Shown here one piece after another: positions 62,554 to 64,000 of a DNA stretch of 64,000 nt. The translations under genes were made by a program, and so were the position numbers. Where the stretch lies: NCBI GenBank assembly GCA_020536535.1, contig JAHLWZ010000845.1, positions 1 through 64,000 of the forward strand, written 5' to 3'. Source of the stretch: Pelomyxa schiedti. Taxonomy: Eukaryota > Protista > Evosea. Within the stretch, counting starts at the first letter, position 1. Every line of letters begins with the position of its first letter. The notes beneath the pieces were generated by a model. That model was given only the letters and a program-made list of their open reading frames with translations, was not told where the DNA came from and made no database searches.

Positions 62554-63781
62554 TCACAACAGAGACTTTAAGTATTGGGTGATTTCCTCTCTGTTGTTCC
62601 TTTCAGATACTGCCAGTCCAAAGAGTAAGTCTTTGCGTTCATTAAGACCAACATCCTCAACCAGCCACTTTACTATGGGGAAATGACCAGAACAAATAGC
62701 AGAATTGAGGCATATGCCACCCATCGATCTGGCATCAGCGGGTGTAAGTTGTAGTGTTGTGTATAGCCACATGGCGTGCTCTATGTTTCCGTCTGAGCAT
62801 GCTTTCCGCAGAAGTATGTTATCATGTTTGACAAAATCCTTTCTTCCCAGGCTAAAGGTATTGATTAACCACACAGCAATTTGCCGGTTTGGGTTGGGTG
62901 TATTCAACACAGCGCCTAGAATATTAGAGCTTTTAATAAGCGGAGCAGATATGTATTCCTGCAAACTATTGTACACTTTCTGAGCAGTTGTTAAATCATT
63001 CGAGGAAGTGCAGGTATGCAGAAAAGCATTCAGACTTGCTATTGTGAAATTGCTATTTCCAGAACCATTCCTTAGACACCACTTAACAAGGTCTGGATTC
63101 CCAGTGAGGGCAGCCTGCTCAATTATCTTTGATTTCATCAGTATGAGTGTTTTTCCTTCCTATCTATTTTTACTGTTTCTAGCTATTATTGGAACCATAA
63201 TACTTTACACCTGTGGTGCATATTCCAACAACATAACAGGGAAAGTGACCATCAAGTTCTCTGAGCCGAATAACAGCACAGGACTGAGAATTTAAATTCA
63301 GCAATTGTGACACCCTGATGAGCACAAGGGACCGTATCACCCACCCACAATTTGATCCAGGCTTCGACCCAAGCCTGGTGCCGTACTTCAATTCCCAATC
63401 ACGGAGTATACTGAGAGCGCACACCGGTGTGCCGAGACTCAGGGCAGTCGAAAGTATCCCCTCAACCGTCTCAGTCTCAATCTCACTGGCACTTTTTGGC
63501 ACAGATCCCATCGCTTTGGCACCCCGAACTCTAGAGAATCCCACGGGTCTCCGAATGTCCTCAGAAAATGATGATGACTCGGGGATCGATGAGGCAGCGA
63601 GGAAAGTGGCGCGGCGTGCGCACTTGGCACCCAGCATTATGGGAGCGGCATCGCCGAGCGTCAGGCAGTCGGCCACGGACACCAACCGGGGAACCACGTG
63701 CACAAACAACACCCAGCATCTCGCAACTTCCTCTTCAACAAGAGTAGATCTCCTGTTTACAAGTGCGTTGGCGTCGGCCAT
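62554..63781 (-). CDS. ankyrin-repeat protein with non-ankyrin N-terminal region
   Basis: AALTGNPDLVKW, ACSDGNIEHAMWL, AICSGHFPIVKWLV, NNREEITQYL; upstream exon from ATG 63781. Confidence 0.78.
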
Positions 63782-63868
63782 CTCCCCACGAATCGTCGAG
63801 AGACCCTTCGGCGATTGTCTTCAAGGAAAAATCTTGACAACCCAAAAAACCAAAAAACGACCAGTTTG

Positions 63869-64000
63869 ATGGGGATCAAACCGCCAACGCACGAGATTCT
63901 GTTGGTCTTCGTGCTGTGGTGTTACTGCGTGAGTGGAGTTGCAGCTGCCGACTCCAGACAACTGGAGGTTGATTGCTTGTGCGAGCTGAAGAATTTGGGC
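63869..64000 (+). CDS. 5' end of a secreted/membrane protein (runs off window)
   Basis: MGIKPPTHEILLVFVLWCYCVSGVAAADSRQLEVDCLCELKNLG: signal peptide then a segment resembling an LRR N-cap; frame open to the window end. Confidence 0.5.
   Translation, partial: MGIKPPTHEILLVFVLWCYCVSGVAAADSRQLEVDCLCELKNLG

Overview
Gene-dense, intron-rich eukaryotic (protist) DNA. It holds about 30 protein-coding genes with short (about 35-60 nt) GT-AG introns, standard genetic code, GC-rich first exons and very short intergenic spacers. The style and gene content resemble an amoebozoan/archamoeba such as Pelomyxa (my inference, not verified). Recognisable genes: VPS4-like AAA ATPase, GPI-anchored CAP/SCP protein, HAD phosphatase, GEX1/Kar5/Brambleberry karyogamy protein, PH-PIP5K, a degenerate ARF, ULK/ATG1 kinase, Ap4A Nudix hydrolase, GH28, MCRS1, PTEN-like phosphatase with a 750-aa disordered N-terminus, a CRC/CXC protein, PPP phosphatase, GPATCH1, Cdc123-like ATP-grasp, DSP-CBM20, PP2C, GDT1/TMEM165, GH47 mannosidase, a fused hydantoinase A+B and an ankyrin protein. 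No rRNA, tRNA, CRISPR or intact transposon was seen. Best leads: (1) a dual-specificity phosphatase with a C-terminal CBM20, i.e. laforin-like parts in reverse order with a non-laforin catalytic loop; (2) a prokaryote-type hydantoinase A/B pair fused through an intron at the subunit boundary; (3) a CAP protein resembling myxobacterial ones but GPI-anchored; (4) a probable pseudo-GTPase ARF; (5) a Cdc123-like enzyme with an LKKT actin-binding-like motif. Exon structures were assembled by eye; family similarities are from recall, no searches were run.
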